A stretch of 64,000 nt of DNA from Nitrospinaceae bacterium (lineage in GTDB: Bacteria; Nitrospinota; Nitrospinia; Nitrospinales; Nitrospinaceae). The stretch is taken from the NCBI GenBank assembly GCA_965223665.1, contig OZ245011.1:1472001-1536000 (forward strand). Reading direction: 5' to 3'. Under the pieces are notes generated by a model. That model was not told the DNA's origin, ran no database searches, and saw only the letters and a program-made list of their open reading frames with translations. The translations under genes and the position numbers were made by a program. Of the stretch, positions 10,262 through 20,832 are shown one piece after another. Numbering within the stretch: the first letter of the stretch is position 1; each line of letters opens with the position of its first letter.

Positions 10262-11395
10262 TCAATTCACTTTAATGGGATTCATGAATTTTTGACCCGC
10301 TAATTCCGACTCGCCTGCCAAATTGAGTAAAACCTCCAGACGCTGGTCGAATTCCTCCATCGTACAATCCTTACTGGTCAAGGTAACGTGCCCGACCTTG
10401 CGTCCGGGCCGTTCTTGCTTGCCATAAAAATGCGGGATGGCACCGGGGACGCTGCGGATTTCCTTTTCATCTGGCAAGCGGCCTACCAGATTTACCATGG
10501 CGGTGGGTTGATCCGTTGCGGTGTTGCCCAGCGGCAAATCACAAATCGCTCGGAGATGATTCTCGAATTGGGATGTCTCCGCCCCTTCAATGGTCCAATG
10601 CCCGCTGTTATGAACGCGCGGCGCAAATTCATTGGCGAACAGTTGATCCTTCATCTGAAAAAGTTCCAGGGCCATCACTCCCACGTAATTAAAATCCTCC
10701 ATGAGTTTTCTTATAGTGTCATTCGCTTGAGTCTGGAACGGGTCATTCAATCGACTGATCGAAAGACGAAGGATACCATCGCGATGATGATTTTCACTGA
10801 TGGGATAAAACACCATATCGCCTTTTTGGTTGCGAGCCGCTATTATGGAAATTTCCCGATCAAAGGCCACCTTGGATTCGACAATACATGGAAATTCACC
10901 CAGCCGTTCCCAGGCAGCAACAAGGTCGGTTTCATCACGCAGCAACGCCTGGCCTTTGCCATCGTAACCTTGAGTGCGGGTTTTAAGAATGGCGGGAAGA
11001 CCGATGTCTTGAACCGCCCGCGTCAAACCTGCAAGAGTTTCAAAAGGCGCAAACTTTGCGGTCGGAATGCCCAGGGAGTTAAAATGGTTCTTTTCTATCA
11101 GGCGATCTCGCGCCACAGCTAACGGTGAAATCGAGGGATGCAGAGTCACTTGTGGCTGAAGTGATTCCAGAGCGAACAACGAAACGTTTTCAAATTCATA
11201 AGTCACAACGTCCGCCCACTCGGCTATGCTTTTCAGTGCCTGTTCATCATCGTAAGCGGCACAAAGATGCGTTCCCAAAGAAGCGGCACTCGGGTGACTA
11301 TTGGGACTCAGAAACATAAAGTTCAACCCGAGCGAGCGGCCTGCCTGGGCCATCATGCGGGCGAGTTGGCCGCCCCCAAGGACACCAATATTCAT
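10262..11395 (-). CDS. purK: N5-carboxyaminoimidazole ribonucleotide synthase
   Basis: [33 protein letters not shown] motifs; overlaps the purE stop. Confidence 0.96.
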   Translation of the reverse strand: MNIGVLGGGQLARMMAQAGRSLGLNFMFLSPNSHPSAASLGTHLCAAYDDEQALKSIAEWADVVTYEFENVSLFALESLQPQVTLHPSISPLAVARDRLIEKNHFNSLGIPTAKFAPFETLAGLTRAVQDIGLPAILKTRTQGYDGKGQALLRDETDLVAAWERLGEFPCIVESKVAFDREISIIAARNQKGDMVFYPISENHHRDGILRLSISRLNDPFQTQANDTIRKLMEDFNYVGVMALELFQMKDQLFANEFAPRVHNSGHWTIEGAETSQFENHLRAICDLPLGNTATDQPTAMVNLVGRLPDEKEIRSVPGAIPHFYGKQERPGRKVGHVTLTSKDCTMEEFDQRLEVLLNLAGESELAGQKFMNPIKVN

Positions 11396-11901
11396 AAATT
11401 GCCTTCGCGAGGATCAGGGTTTTCCAAAACAGTATCGGTTTGTTGCTTGCGGAAATTGTTTAAGGCGGTTTTGATATCAGGATACTTGTTGGCGAGAATA
11501 CCGGCTGCCAACAGAGCGGCGTTGATCGCACCGGCACGGCCAATTGCCAGAGTTCCCACGGGGATTCCCGCAGGCATCTGCACGATAGATAGTAATGAAT
11601 CCATACCATTTAGCGCTTTCGATTGCACGGGAACCCCCAACACAGGCAGAGAAGTTTTCGCCGCCATCATTCCGGGCAAATGGGCAGCGCCGCCGGCACC
11701 GGCGATGATGACTTCAATACCCTTCTGCTCAGCGCTTTCCGCATGTTGAAACAACTTGTCGGGAGTGCGGTGGGCGGATACGACTTCCACCGCATGCGGC
11801 ACATTCAGCGACTCTAAGGTTTCCGCCGCATGACGCATAGTGTCCCAATCCGACTTGGAACCCATAATAATACTAACAAGCGCAGTATCTTTGGTATTCA
11901 T
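11392..11901 (-). CDS. purE: N5-CAIR mutase
   Basis: [34 protein letters not shown]. Confidence 0.97.
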   Translation of the reverse strand: MNTKDTALVSIIMGSKSDWDTMRHAAETLESLNVPHAVEVVSAHRTPDKLFQHAESAEQKGIEVIIAGAGGAAHLPGMMAAKTSLPVLGVPVQSKALNGMDSLLSIVQMPAGIPVGTLAIGRAGAINAALLAAGILANKYPDIKTALNNFRKQQTDTVLENPDPREGNL

Positions 11902-12100
11902 TGAATGGATGATCTCCTAAAGGTTTAAAGCGATTCAATTGATTTATCGATTTTAAAAAGACGGGATTGGTCTTAACCTGATTCCGGCTGTCTCTAATAA
12001 TACTATAATAATGAACCAATCCAAACGTTGGAGCAATATTTTCACTGCTTATTTTGGGGAGTGCCCGCCCTCTGACTTGAGTCCGTTTTTAGAGTTCAGT

Positions 12101-12129
12101 TTCAGGGGGCAAACCCTTGCCCCCTTGAA
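12101..12129. terminator. hairpin downstream of the His-rich gene
   Basis: TTCAGGGGGCAA-ACCC-TTGCCCCCTTGAA. Confidence 0.5.
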
Positions 12130-12132
12130 CGG

Positions 12133-12471
12133 CTAATTGGGTATAACTTCCACTGCTCCATGGTCATCACAGTGTTCACCATGTTGATGATGAAGACGCC
12201 CATCGACAATATAATCGATATGGTCTCCATGTGCGACCGCCGTATGTCCACAGCCAGAACTATGGACGTGGTTGTGATTATGCTTTTCAGCACACCCATT
12301 GGGATGCTGATCATTGACCTCTAAGACATGCTCGTCCACATGGTCTCCGTGAATGTGATGCAAATGTCCATCATGAAGATAATCGTAGTGATCTCCATGC
12401 TTAATCTTGGTATGACCGCAATTTTCTCCGTGAGTATGATCATGGTTGGGATGCTGGGTACAATCAGTCAT
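12133..12471 (-). CDS. His/Cys-rich small metal-binding protein with two internal repeats
   Basis: Two HxHxHxxxCGHxxxxHGDHxDYxxDGxLHH units; GAGGAG RBS. Confidence 0.85.
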   Translation of the reverse strand: MTDCTQHPNHDHTHGENCGHTKIKHGDHYDYLHDGHLHHIHGDHVDEHVLEVNDQHPNGCAEKHNHNHVHSSGCGHTAVAHGDHIDYIVDGRLHHQHGEHCDDHGAVEVIPN

Positions 12472-12688
12472 AGCTATCTCCTCAAGAAAGTTTATGATAA
12501 TCCCTTATCAAATGAATTCCTCTTAAGTTCAATTCGAATAAAAGAAATCATTACCCTCCTTCTCTCTAAATAGTTCAAGGGAAAAGGCATTCAGGACACA
12601 AACTGGCTTTTATACCCCGACCATATAACTCCACCTATAATTTGTCAATACCCTTTAAATGTACCTTTTAAATAGCACGAGAAACCCA

Positions 12689-12775
12689 TTGAAAAGTTGC
12701 CGATGAGCCCGACTTAAAAAATAGAATCCATGAATGTTGTGAAAAAGGGCTGCAAACAAAGCATGCTATAATTCC
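12689..12775 (+). promoter_or_regulatory. repeat A copy with extended -10 promoter
   Basis: TTGAAAAGTTGCCGATGAGCCCGACTTAAAA ... CAAACAAAGCATGCTATAATTCC (TGnTATAAT at 12764-12772). Confidence 0.7.
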
Positions 12776-12784
12776 CTGCCAGAT

Positions 12785-13846
12785 TTGAATGGAAGACTTC
12801 TTTTGAAGCTTGAATTTTTATATCGCCTCAAAAATAAATTTAAAATTGAATATCATATAACTTTGAAAACTTTTTTATATCTCTTACTTACCAGTGTTCT
12901 GCTCACCGCCTGTTCGAATTCACAGGTCACCTCCCAAAACACTCGTCCAAGTTCTGGGGTGGAACCCGCCTCCCGCGTAATCCCGGCGTCCGATGTCCAG
13001 TGGGTGGCGCTGAACCCCGCCCGCGGCGATAAAAGCCCAAAAGCGGGAACTCTCTGGGGCGATCGCACCGGCTCCGGTCCATCCGGCTTTCTGGTTAAGT
13101 TTGTGGATGGCTTCTCGTCGCCTGCGCATATTCACAACATCACCTACCGCGGAGTGGTCATCAGTGGGCTCGTTCACAACGATCATCCTGATGCGGACAA
13201 TCACTGGATGTCGGTGGGTTCTTACTGGACGCAACCTGCGGGAGCGGTGCACCTTACCTCTGCTAAGGGAAGTATGAATCTGGCGTACATAGAGATTGAA
13301 GAGGGGCCGTATCTCGTCCTTTCCACAAAGAAAGCGTTTGATAATGGAGATAGGCCGGTGAAAGTGGACGCATCGAACATTGATTGGATCCATCCGCCCG
13401 GAACGTCAGTTCCTTCCCATGGACTGAAGGTCGCTTTGCTCTGGGGCAAGCCGTCCGACGGCCAGTTGAACGGAACTCTTGTCAAACTGTCCGCCGGGTT
13501 TTCCGGTGAGCTTAGCAGCCCAGGCCCAACCTTACGCACGGTAGTTATCCAGGGTCTCGCAAAGCATCGAATGTCAAACGGAACCGACATCAAGACACTG
13601 GAGCCGGGCAGCTATTTCAGTTCAAAAGGGGAGTTGGCGCACCAGGTTTCATGCGAAGCAGGAAAAGACTGCATTCTCTACGTCCGCACAGAAGGCAAGT
13701 TCGGTATCCTTCCAGTGCCGCCCGGGAATTATCTTTCCCCGATTTACGCATTAAAAGTTTTCTTCTCTCAACCCAAAAACACTCACCACCCAAACCCAGG
13801 CCATGGGCCAACAACTGAAAAGTTGCCATGGAACAAGGGTCTGTAA
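12785..13846 (+). CDS. DUF4437-type cupin lipoprotein
   Basis: [38 protein letters not shown] motifs; lipobox LTAC; true start probably TTG 12863; C-terminus runs into a repeat A remnant. Confidence 0.8.
   Translation: MNGRLLLKLEFLYRLKNKFKIEYHITLKTFLYLLLTSVLLTACSNSQVTSQNTRPSSGVEPASRVIPASDVQWVALNPARGDKSPKAGTLWGDRTGSGPSGFLVKFVDGFSSPAHIHNITYRGVVISGLVHNDHPDADNHWMSVGSYWTQPAGAVHLTSAKGSMNLAYIEIEEGPYLVLSTKKAFDNGDRPVKVDASNIDWIHPPGTSVPSHGLKVALLWGKPSDGQLNGTLVKLSAGFSGELSSPGPTLRTVVIQGLAKHRMSNGTDIKTLEPGSYFSSKGELAHQVSCEAGKDCILYVRTEGKFGILPVPPGNYLSPIYALKVFFSQPKNTHHPNPGHGPTTEKLPWNKGL
13774..13828 (+). repeat. repeat A copy lacking the promoter part
   Basis: CAAAAACACTCACCACCCAAACCCAGGCCATGGGCCAACAACTGAAAAGTTGCCA vs master 8992-9047. 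Confidence 0.75.
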
Positions 13847-13859
13847 AAAAATGGGCCCG

Positions 13860-14534
13860 TTATTTAGATGGCTGACCCGCGTTTAATCGGTTGGCCTCTT
13901 CATGATGCCAAAGGATTTGCTCACGAAGCTCCAAAATTTCCTCACGGTTGGCTTTTATAAGCTCATTCCACTCATTCCGTTTTGTTCCTTTTGGATCCAG
14001 ATAGGGTTTCTTATTGAACCGCTCCACTCGTTGCTGCAAGTGAACCACCTTGGCTTCCAGCCGTACTGCATCCTCATCCAGCAAGTCAGCAGCTTCGAGA
14101 TGCTCTTCTGAAGACCACTCCATGGCAGCTTTTGGCGAAAGTTGAGAAGCCAGCGCTTTCTTTCCGGATGACGATACCCCGTTTAACCGGTCGGCCTCTT
14201 GATTATGCCAGGCGATCTTATCATGAAGCTCCGAAATTTCGGCACGGTATGTTGATATACGCGATTTCCACTTTCGTCGCTTGACTCCTTTCAGATCGAG
14301 ATGCTTCTTCTTTTCGAACCGCACCACCCGTTGCTTCAGGTGAGCCACCTGGTCTTCCAGCCTTACCGCTTCTTCATGCAACAGGTCAGCCGCCTTCCGG
14401 TGCTCTTCTGCAGACCAATCCTTGACCTCCTGAGCGGAAAGGTGGGGAGGCAACACCTGTGTTTTGTTCTGCGCACAACCAAGAGAGAGACTCATCAAAA
14501 CAATACCCGTAAGAGCAACCATTCTATTTTTCAT
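13860..14534 (-). CDS. lipoprotein with two tandem ~105-aa coiled-coil repeats
   Basis: Lipobox SLGC; WSAEEHRKAADLL...WHNQEADRLN repeated as WSSEEHLEAADLL...WHHEEANRLN. Confidence 0.8.
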   Translation of the reverse strand: MKNRMVALTGIVLMSLSLGCAQNKTQVLPPHLSAQEVKDWSAEEHRKAADLLHEEAVRLEDQVAHLKQRVVRFEKKKHLDLKGVKRRKWKSRISTYRAEISELHDKIAWHNQEADRLNGVSSSGKKALASQLSPKAAMEWSSEEHLEAADLLDEDAVRLEAKVVHLQQRVERFNKKPYLDPKGTKRNEWNELIKANREEILELREQILWHHEEANRLNAGQPSK

Positions 14535-14717
14535 AGTTCACATCCTTCTTGTAAACAAAAAGATTAAAATTTGATGTTTATTCTTCTTTATGATCTGCTT
14601 TCAACGAAAAATATTCCCCAGTGATTCGGAATATACCGTCTTTTATTTAATTATTAAGATATCAATTCTGTAAAAACGATTCGAGTTTCTAGATTCGTTC
14701 AAGTCGGTCCCATAGAC

Positions 14718-14807
14718 CAAAAGAATGGCCCACCAAACTCAAGCCATGGGCCAATAGAATCCATAAGGCAATAGAATAGCGCCCTAAACAAAGCATGCTA
14801 TAATTCC
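14718..14807 (+). promoter_or_regulatory. repeat A copy with extended -10 promoter
   Basis: CAAAAGAATGGCCCACCAAACTCAAGCCATGGGCCAA ... TAAACAAAGCATGCTATAATTCC. Confidence 0.7.
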
Positions 14808-14938
14808 TAATCGGATTCGAATTAAAAATCTTTTTATAAAATTTTAAATTCTACTGTCAACCCCAGTGAACATCCAATTTTTAAAATTCACTTGTCACAC
14901 GTGTCGAAGGGAATTCTGTCATTTAATGGAGAGAAAAT

Positions 14939-16039
14939 ATGAATCAGGAAAGTAACCCATTATTCAGTCCGTTCCAGTTAGGCGATCTCACTTTGCAAAA
15001 TCGTATTGCTCTTTCACCCATGACCCGAGCCCGGGCGGGTTCGGAACAAACGGCAAACGAGCTTATGGCAGAATATTATTCCCAACGGTCGGCAGCGGGA
15101 TTGCTGATTACAGAGGGAACCTTTATCTCCAAACAAGCCGTGGGTTGGGTGAACGCACCGGGGATCTATAATGATGAACAAACCGAAGGCTGGAAAATTG
15201 TTACCGATGAAGTCCATTCCAAAGGTTCGAAAATTTTTCTTCAATTGTGGCATTGCGGCCGAGCCTCCCACAGCGCTTTTCATGGCGGTGAACTTCCGGT
15301 GGCTCCTTCGGCCATTCAACCTGATTTGAAATACATCCATACTCCCGATGGCAAAAAGGACCTTGAAGTTCCCCGGGCTCTCGACACCGATGAAATTCCT
15401 CAAGTCGTCAATGACTACAAGCTGGCAGCCAAAAGAGCCAAAGAAGCAGGGTTTGATGGGGTGGAGATTCACAGCGCCAACGGGTATTTGCTCGACGAGT
15501 TTCTTCAATCAAAAACCAATACCCGAACAGACCGTTACGGAGGAAGTCTGGAAAACCGGTTTCGGTTTCTTCAAGAAGTTGTCACTGCGGTCACAGAAGT
15601 CTGGCCCGCCAACCAGATAGGAGTTCGTCTCAGTCCCAATGGAAATTATAATGACATGGGGTCTGAAGACTTTCGAGAGTCTTTTACTTTTTATGCGAGC
15701 CAGCTGGACAAAGTGGGTTTGGCTTATTTGCACGTCGTCGATGGCCTGGCATTCGGGTTTCATGAACTGGGAGAACCGATGACCTTGAAGGAATTTCGCA
15801 ATGTTTTTCCCGGACCCATCATTGGGAATTGTGGATACACAAAAGAGACGGCGGAGGCAGCGATCCAGGAAGGAAACGCGGATTTGATTGCCTTTGGACG
15901 TCCCTTTATCAGCAACCCGGATCTGGTCGAACGGTTTCGTAACGGTTGGCCGTTGGCGGCGGATGCCGATGTCGGCGCCTGGTTTTCGTTTGAAAAAGAA
16001 GGGTATACTGATTTCGAATTTTACGAGAGCGGATCTTAA
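14939..16039 (+). CDS. old yellow enzyme family alkene reductase (NemA-like)
   Basis: PMTRAR, QLWHCGR, EIHSANGYL, RTDRYGGS, GRPFISNPDLV. Confidence 0.93.
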   Translation: MNQESNPLFSPFQLGDLTLQNRIALSPMTRARAGSEQTANELMAEYYSQRSAAGLLITEGTFISKQAVGWVNAPGIYNDEQTEGWKIVTDEVHSKGSKIFLQLWHCGRASHSAFHGGELPVAPSAIQPDLKYIHTPDGKKDLEVPRALDTDEIPQVVNDYKLAAKRAKEAGFDGVEIHSANGYLLDEFLQSKTNTRTDRYGGSLENRFRFLQEVVTAVTEVWPANQIGVRLSPNGNYNDMGSEDFRESFTFYASQLDKVGLAYLHVVDGLAFGFHELGEPMTLKEFRNVFPGPIIGNCGYTKETAEAAIQEGNADLIAFGRPFISNPDLVERFRNGWPLAADADVGAWFSFEKEGYTDFEFYESGS

Positions 16040-16091
16040 AAAATTCAAGGCTCAGCTATAACTCAGTGGTTCCATTCCCTATCAATAGATA

Positions 16092-16111
16092 GTTTCTATA
16101 TATATAGAAAC
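16092..16111. promoter_or_regulatory. perfect 20-bp palindrome upstream of cydAB, candidate operator
   Basis: GTTTCTATATATATAGAAAC. Confidence 0.4.
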
Positions 16112-16245
16112 CCTTCCTGAACACTTTTTGGCCTGTCGAAAAAAATGGTTTTTTACTCTGGAAACCCGCTTCCGCTTTGGATTAAAATAAAGGTGAATTA
16201 GAAAAGAACACCGCCTGAAATATCATCTAATAGAGCATTCCCGCT

Positions 16246-17541
16246 ATGATCGATTTGCTGGCAGCACGATCGCAATTGGCCGTCTCCCTGGGATTCCATA
16301 TCATTTTTGCCTGCATTGGAATTGCCATGCCTTTTTTCATGGCCGTCGCACACTGGAAATGGTTGCGCACCGGTCAACAGATTTTTCTCGATTTGACCCG
16401 CGCCTGGCTCAAGGGAGTCGCCATCTTTTTTGCCATCGGTGCCGTTTCCGGAACCGTGTTATCGTTTGAACTGGGACTGCTGTTTCCGAAGTTCATGGAA
16501 GTCGCCGGACCCATCATCGGCCTGCCCTTTTCCTGGGAAGGCGTGGCGTTTTTTCTCGAAGCCATTGCACTGGGACTGTTTTTGTACGGATGGGATATCG
16601 TCAATCGATGGGTGCACTGGGCCTCCGGCGTGGTGATGGGAATTGCCGGTGCTGCTTCGGGTATGATCGTCATCTGCGCCAACGGGTGGATGAACAGTCC
16701 GGAAGGTTTCGACTGGGTGAACGGTCAGGCTGTCAACATCGATCCCATCGCTGCCATGTTCAACAACGCGTCGCTGCACCAGGGAATTCATATGACGATA
16801 GCCTCGTTTGCCGCCACCGGGTTTGCGGTCGCAGGTGTTCACGCCATTCTCATATTGAGGAAGAAAAATATTTCGTTTCACCAGGAGGCGTTGAAAATTG
16901 CCCTGGCGTTTGGCGCAGTGGCCGCTTTGCTCCAACCCCTCAGTGGAGATTTCATATCCCGGCATTTGACCGAACACCAGCCGGAAAAAGCCGCCGCCAT
17001 GCATGCGCAATTCAAAACCGAAAAAGGCGCGCCTCTTTTAATTGGTGGCATTCCTCTGGAAAAAGAGAAGACCGTTAAGTTCGGCATCTACATTCCCAAA
17101 ATGCTCAGCTTTCTGGCGCATCATGATTTCAACGCAGAAGTGACCGGACTCGACGCGTTTCCGGAAGAGAATCATCCGCCGGTGGCGGTGGTGCATTTCG
17201 CATTTCAGATTATGGTGGGTATCGGAACTTTTCTTGCCGGCCTGTCTGCACTTTATTTTCTATTCGTGATGAAATTTCCGCGCCTGCTGTTTCATTCGCT
17301 CTATCTAAAGGGTCTTGCCCTCGCGATTCCGCTGGGATTCATCGCGGTGGAAGCGGGATGGGTGGTGACAGAAGTGGGACGCCAGCCGTGGATCATCTAT
17401 AAAATAATGAAGGTTTCCGAAGCGGTCACGCCGATGCCGGGGCTGATTTATCCGTTCCTTCTATTCACCGGCATCTATGTTTTCCTGTCGTTTGTCGCGG
17501 CCTGGTTGCTGTTCCGCCAGATCAAGGCGGTGAAAACTTAA
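16246..17541 (+). CDS. cydA: cytochrome bd ubiquinol oxidase subunit I (short Q-loop type)
   Basis: FHIIF, FFLEA, QPEKAAAM, GWVVTEVGRQPW. Confidence 0.95.
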   Translation: MIDLLAARSQLAVSLGFHIIFACIGIAMPFFMAVAHWKWLRTGQQIFLDLTRAWLKGVAIFFAIGAVSGTVLSFELGLLFPKFMEVAGPIIGLPFSWEGVAFFLEAIALGLFLYGWDIVNRWVHWASGVVMGIAGAASGMIVICANGWMNSPEGFDWVNGQAVNIDPIAAMFNNASLHQGIHMTIASFAATGFAVAGVHAILILRKKNISFHQEALKIALAFGAVAALLQPLSGDFISRHLTEHQPEKAAAMHAQFKTEKGAPLLIGGIPLEKEKTVKFGIYIPKMLSFLAHHDFNAEVTGLDAFPEENHPPVAVVHFAFQIMVGIGTFLAGLSALYFLFVMKFPRLLFHSLYLKGLALAIPLGFIAVEAGWVVTEVGRQPWIIYKIMKVSEAVTPMPGLIYPFLLFTGIYVFLSFVAAWLLFRQIKAVKT

Positions 17542-17563
17542 AATGTTTTAGGAGTCTGAATTT

Positions 17564-18580
17564 ATGATCGAAGTGGTAATGGTTTTTCTGGCAGGGGCAC
17601 TTTTGCTTTATGTGTTGTTAGGCGGAGCGGACTTCGGCGCGGGCATTCTGGAAATGTTTGTCAATCGCAAAACTCGAAGCCAACAGAAAACTATTATCAA
17701 CAAGGCCATGGGGCCGGTCTGGGAGGTCAACCACATCTGGCTGATCATCGCCGTGGTCATCATGTTCAACGCGTTCCCCAAAGCCTTCAGTCAAATTTCA
17801 GTCACATTTCACATTCCGCTGACCATCATGTTAGTGGGCATCATCACTCGCGGGTGCGCGTTTGCCTTTCGCAACTACGACGCGTATCGGGATCAGTCGC
17901 AGAAGTACTATTCACTCGCGTTCGAAATTTCCAGCGTCTTGACACCGTTCAGTTTAGGCCTGACGCTTGGCGGAATCTTGATCGGACGAATCAATCCGCA
18001 AGCAGATTCGTTTTACGCCGCGTTCATTGATCCGTGGTTCAACGTGTTCTCGTTTACACTAGGAATTTTTACCTGCTGTCTGGTTACTTACATCGCCTCG
18101 GTTTACATCATCGGAGAAACTCGAAAACAAATTCTTCGGCGACAATTCGTTTACCGGGCCAAGGTGGCAGGAGTCGTGACTTTTATCATGGGAGTTTTAG
18201 TCATCGAGGCGGCGGTGTTTTACGAATCGGAACTGTTTTCCAAATTTTATTCGGACGGATTCAGTCTGTCGTGTATTTTTCTCGCGGCCATCCTGTCCGT
18301 ACCGCTATGGAAATTATTGAACCATCCTCGCGCAATCCTTGCGCGCCTGTTGGTGGGGGCGCAGGTGTCGCTGATTTTTCTGGCGTGGTACGAAATGCAG
18401 TTTCCTTTTATTATTGCCCCTTCGGAATTGTTTGGCTTTGAAGGACTCAATCTGTATCAAGTCGCGGCACCGGAAAGCACCTTCAAATATCTGTTGATTG
18501 CGCTGGTCGCCGGATCGGCAATTATTTTTCCCGCCTGGTTGTATCTTATCCGCGTGTTCAAGTTTCGATGGAATTCATAG
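17564..18580 (+). CDS. cydB: cytochrome bd oxidase subunit II
   Basis: GADFGAG, GPVWEVNHIWL; follows cydA. Confidence 0.94.
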   Translation: MIEVVMVFLAGALLLYVLLGGADFGAGILEMFVNRKTRSQQKTIINKAMGPVWEVNHIWLIIAVVIMFNAFPKAFSQISVTFHIPLTIMLVGIITRGCAFAFRNYDAYRDQSQKYYSLAFEISSVLTPFSLGLTLGGILIGRINPQADSFYAAFIDPWFNVFSFTLGIFTCCLVTYIASVYIIGETRKQILRRQFVYRAKVAGVVTFIMGVLVIEAAVFYESELFSKFYSDGFSLSCIFLAAILSVPLWKLLNHPRAILARLLVGAQVSLIFLAWYEMQFPFIIAPSELFGFEGLNLYQVAAPESTFKYLLIALVAGSAIIFPAWLYLIRVFKFRWNS

Positions 18581-18740
18581 ATCCCACTCAAACGGATAGC
18601 TATGAAAGAAGTGGCGAATTTAATTCGTTTTCATTAAACTAATTCTAAAGCAAATATACTTATTAACCAGCGGTTAAGCAAAACATAACCACTTACTATA
18701 CCTATGGCACTTAACGTCGCTACATCCTGGGAGATTTGGC

Positions 18741-19247
18741 ATGATTAGATTGCCCTGGATTCTTAGGGTGCTATTTGTATCCTCTTTTTTAGCGGGCTGT
18801 AGCTCTCTTCCTGTTGAAACTCCCCCTCAGGAAATTATTATTCTAAATTCAAATAAGGCCAACCTCTCCGATTCCAGATCCGTCCGAAAAAAAATCTACC
18901 GGCAGTATGAACGCTGGAAAGGAACGAAATACCATATAGGTGGTCTTTCCAGAAAAGGTATCGACTGCTCGGGATTGGTTTATGTCACCTACCGTGAGCA
19001 GTTGGGCATTAAACTTCCCCGAACCACTAAGTTGCAGGTTAAAGCCGGAAGAACGATTAAGCGCAGTGAGCTTCGGTCCGGTGACCTGGTTTTTTTTAAA
19101 ACAGGAATCAAGGTCCGCCATGTGGGAATCTATATAGAAGACGGAAAGTTTTTTCATGCATCCACAAAGAAAGGTGTTACGATTTCCAAATTGAGTGACT
19201 ATTACTGGAAAGACAGGTACTGGCACTCAAGAAGAATGGAGCGGTAG
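18741..19247 (+). CDS. NlpC/P60 lipoprotein endopeptidase
   Basis: Lipobox LAGC, IDCSGLV, GDLVFF, HVGIY. Confidence 0.93.
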   Translation: MIRLPWILRVLFVSSFLAGCSSLPVETPPQEIIILNSNKANLSDSRSVRKKIYRQYERWKGTKYHIGGLSRKGIDCSGLVYVTYREQLGIKLPRTTKLQVKAGRTIKRSELRSGDLVFFKTGIKVRHVGIYIEDGKFFHASTKKGVTISKLSDYYWKDRYWHSRRMER

Positions 19248-19267
19248 GAATGGTGAAAACAGAAGTT

Positions 19268-19360
19268 GATGTGCTCCCTCTTTTCTAAAGAGGGCTGGGG
19301 TGATTCACATTCAGGGGTTTGCGGCGAACCGCTGCAGGTAAAATTCATTTGTGATGAATA
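19268..19360 (-). repeat. REP/MITE-like repeat family D
   Basis: Reverse complement aligns with 49764-49856; hairpins CCCTCTTTTCTAAAGAGGG and GCGGCGAACCGC. Confidence 0.7.
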
Positions 19361-19464
19361 GGCCCGTAATCGAACCCAAGAGGACCGGTCATAGTCACTG
19401 AGAAATGTCCCTATATGAGTCCACGAAAGTCGGTCGGAATGTAAGATAAGAGAAAAGCCCCTCT

Positions 19465-20556
19465 TTACCTTTCAATTGGCAATTTAAAGAAAAAAGTGCT
19501 TCCCTCTCCCAGTTTGCTCTTTACCCCCACTTCCCCACCATGAAGATGAATGATCTTTTTAACTATCGCTAATCCAAGTCCGGTCGACTTTTCTCCTCCG
19601 GTGGGTTTGGTACTCAACTTTTGAAATTCACCGAACAATAATTTTTGATCTTCATCCGATAAGCCCTGCCCTTCATCCTTAACAGAAAATTGAATATGGT
19701 TGTCCACTGTTTCGGTAAAAATATGAACCTTAGTTTTGGGTGGTGAAAACTTGATTGCGTTGCCTATAAAGTTTCCCATCGCCTGCACGATGGCACTTTC
19801 ATCAAATAGAACCATGGGGATCTCCCCAAGTTTGAGGTCCAAATTAATATCTTTTTTCTTGGCGAGTAATTGATTTAATTCAAATTGAGAACGGGCCAAC
19901 AAATTTAAATCCTGGACTTTCAAGTCCAATTCTATTTTCCCGCTTTCAATTTTGGAAATATCCAACAGGTTTTCTAAAAGATTCCTCATGTAATTACTGG
20001 AATTAAAAATTTTTTCCAGTAATTCCCTTTGTTTATCATTTAACTTCCCAACGCCTTCACCCTTAAGAACTTCACTAAACGATTGAATCAAATATAAAGG
20101 ATTCCTTAAATCGTGAGAAGCAATCCCCAAAAATTTATTTTTAGTGTCGTTCAATTCCAAAAGCTGCTTATTTTTTTCCTTGATCTCCGTTAAGTCTCTT
20201 TCGATCGCTGCGAAATGAGTGACCTCTCCCTTTTCATTTTTCAAAGGAATGATATTGATATCCAGCCAGTACTTGGTTCCGCTTTTTGAATAATTAACGA
20301 TGGAAGTTCTTATGGGTTCTTCTTTTTCCAAAGCGGCTCTTATTTCCGCTTTAGTTTCAGGATCCGATTCCGGCCCCTGTAATATCCTCGGCGTTTTTCC
20401 CAGAACTTCATTGAGTGTATACCCGGTTAACTGAGTAAACGCTTCATTGACATAAACTATTTTTGGTCCGGGCTCATCAAGAGGTTGAGCCTCGGTTACG
20501 ATCACGATATCATTGGCAAATCGAACCACATCCTCAATCGAAAATTCCAATTTCAT
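19465..20556 (-). CDS. cytoplasmic PAS-domain sensor histidine kinase (orphan)
   Basis: PAS/PAC, H-box SHDLRNPL, N-box NAIKF, DEGQG and GLGLAI G-boxes. Confidence 0.93.
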   Translation of the reverse strand: MKLEFSIEDVVRFANDIVIVTEAQPLDEPGPKIVYVNEAFTQLTGYTLNEVLGKTPRILQGPESDPETKAEIRAALEKEEPIRTSIVNYSKSGTKYWLDINIIPLKNEKGEVTHFAAIERDLTEIKEKNKQLLELNDTKNKFLGIASHDLRNPLYLIQSFSEVLKGEGVGKLNDKQRELLEKIFNSSNYMRNLLENLLDISKIESGKIELDLKVQDLNLLARSQFELNQLLAKKKDINLDLKLGEIPMVLFDESAIVQAMGNFIGNAIKFSPPKTKVHIFTETVDNHIQFSVKDEGQGLSDEDQKLLFGEFQKLSTKPTGGEKSTGLGLAIVKKIIHLHGGEVGVKSKLGEGSTFFFKLPIER

Positions 20557-20613
20557 AATGTCTTGACCTTAGCTGATTTGTAAGAACCAGAGCTAACCTT
20601 TATTTTATCACGC

Positions 20614-20642
20614 AATGTCCCCTTTTTGCCGAATGTAGACCT
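20614..20642 (+). repeat. family C short palindrome
   Basis: AATGTCCCCTTTTTGCCGAATGTAGACCT, abutting the repeat A copy at 20646. Confidence 0.6.
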
Positions 20643-20645
20643 ATC

Positions 20646-20763
20646 AAAGCAAAGAATAATAACCATCCCGACCGGTCCAAAATGCATCGCCTCCTTTGCG
20701 AAACCCTATAGAACCAATGAGTTCGCCAAAGCCAGCGCAGCAAACAAAGCATGCTATAATTCC
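20646..20763 (+). promoter_or_regulatory. repeat A copy (internal deletion) with extended -10 promoter
   Basis: AAAGAATAATAACCATCCCGACCGGTCCAAAATGC ... CAAACAAAGCATGCTATAATTCC. Confidence 0.75.
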
Positions 20764-20832
20764 TTCATGGAATAACAACATACATTGGATTTACAGATAG
20801 CCAAAAAAAATTCCCTGAAAATGGAGGGCAGA

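Noticed and set aside
10388-11749. Long antisense ORFs over purK/purE (likewise over cydA, the OYE gene, icd and dabA)
   Set aside because: Shadow frames of well-supported genes
20150-20556. LOV photoreceptor in the histidine kinase
   Set aside because: The motif is GKTPRILQG; the photoactive Cys of GRNCRFLQ is replaced by Pro, so it is called a generic PAS domain
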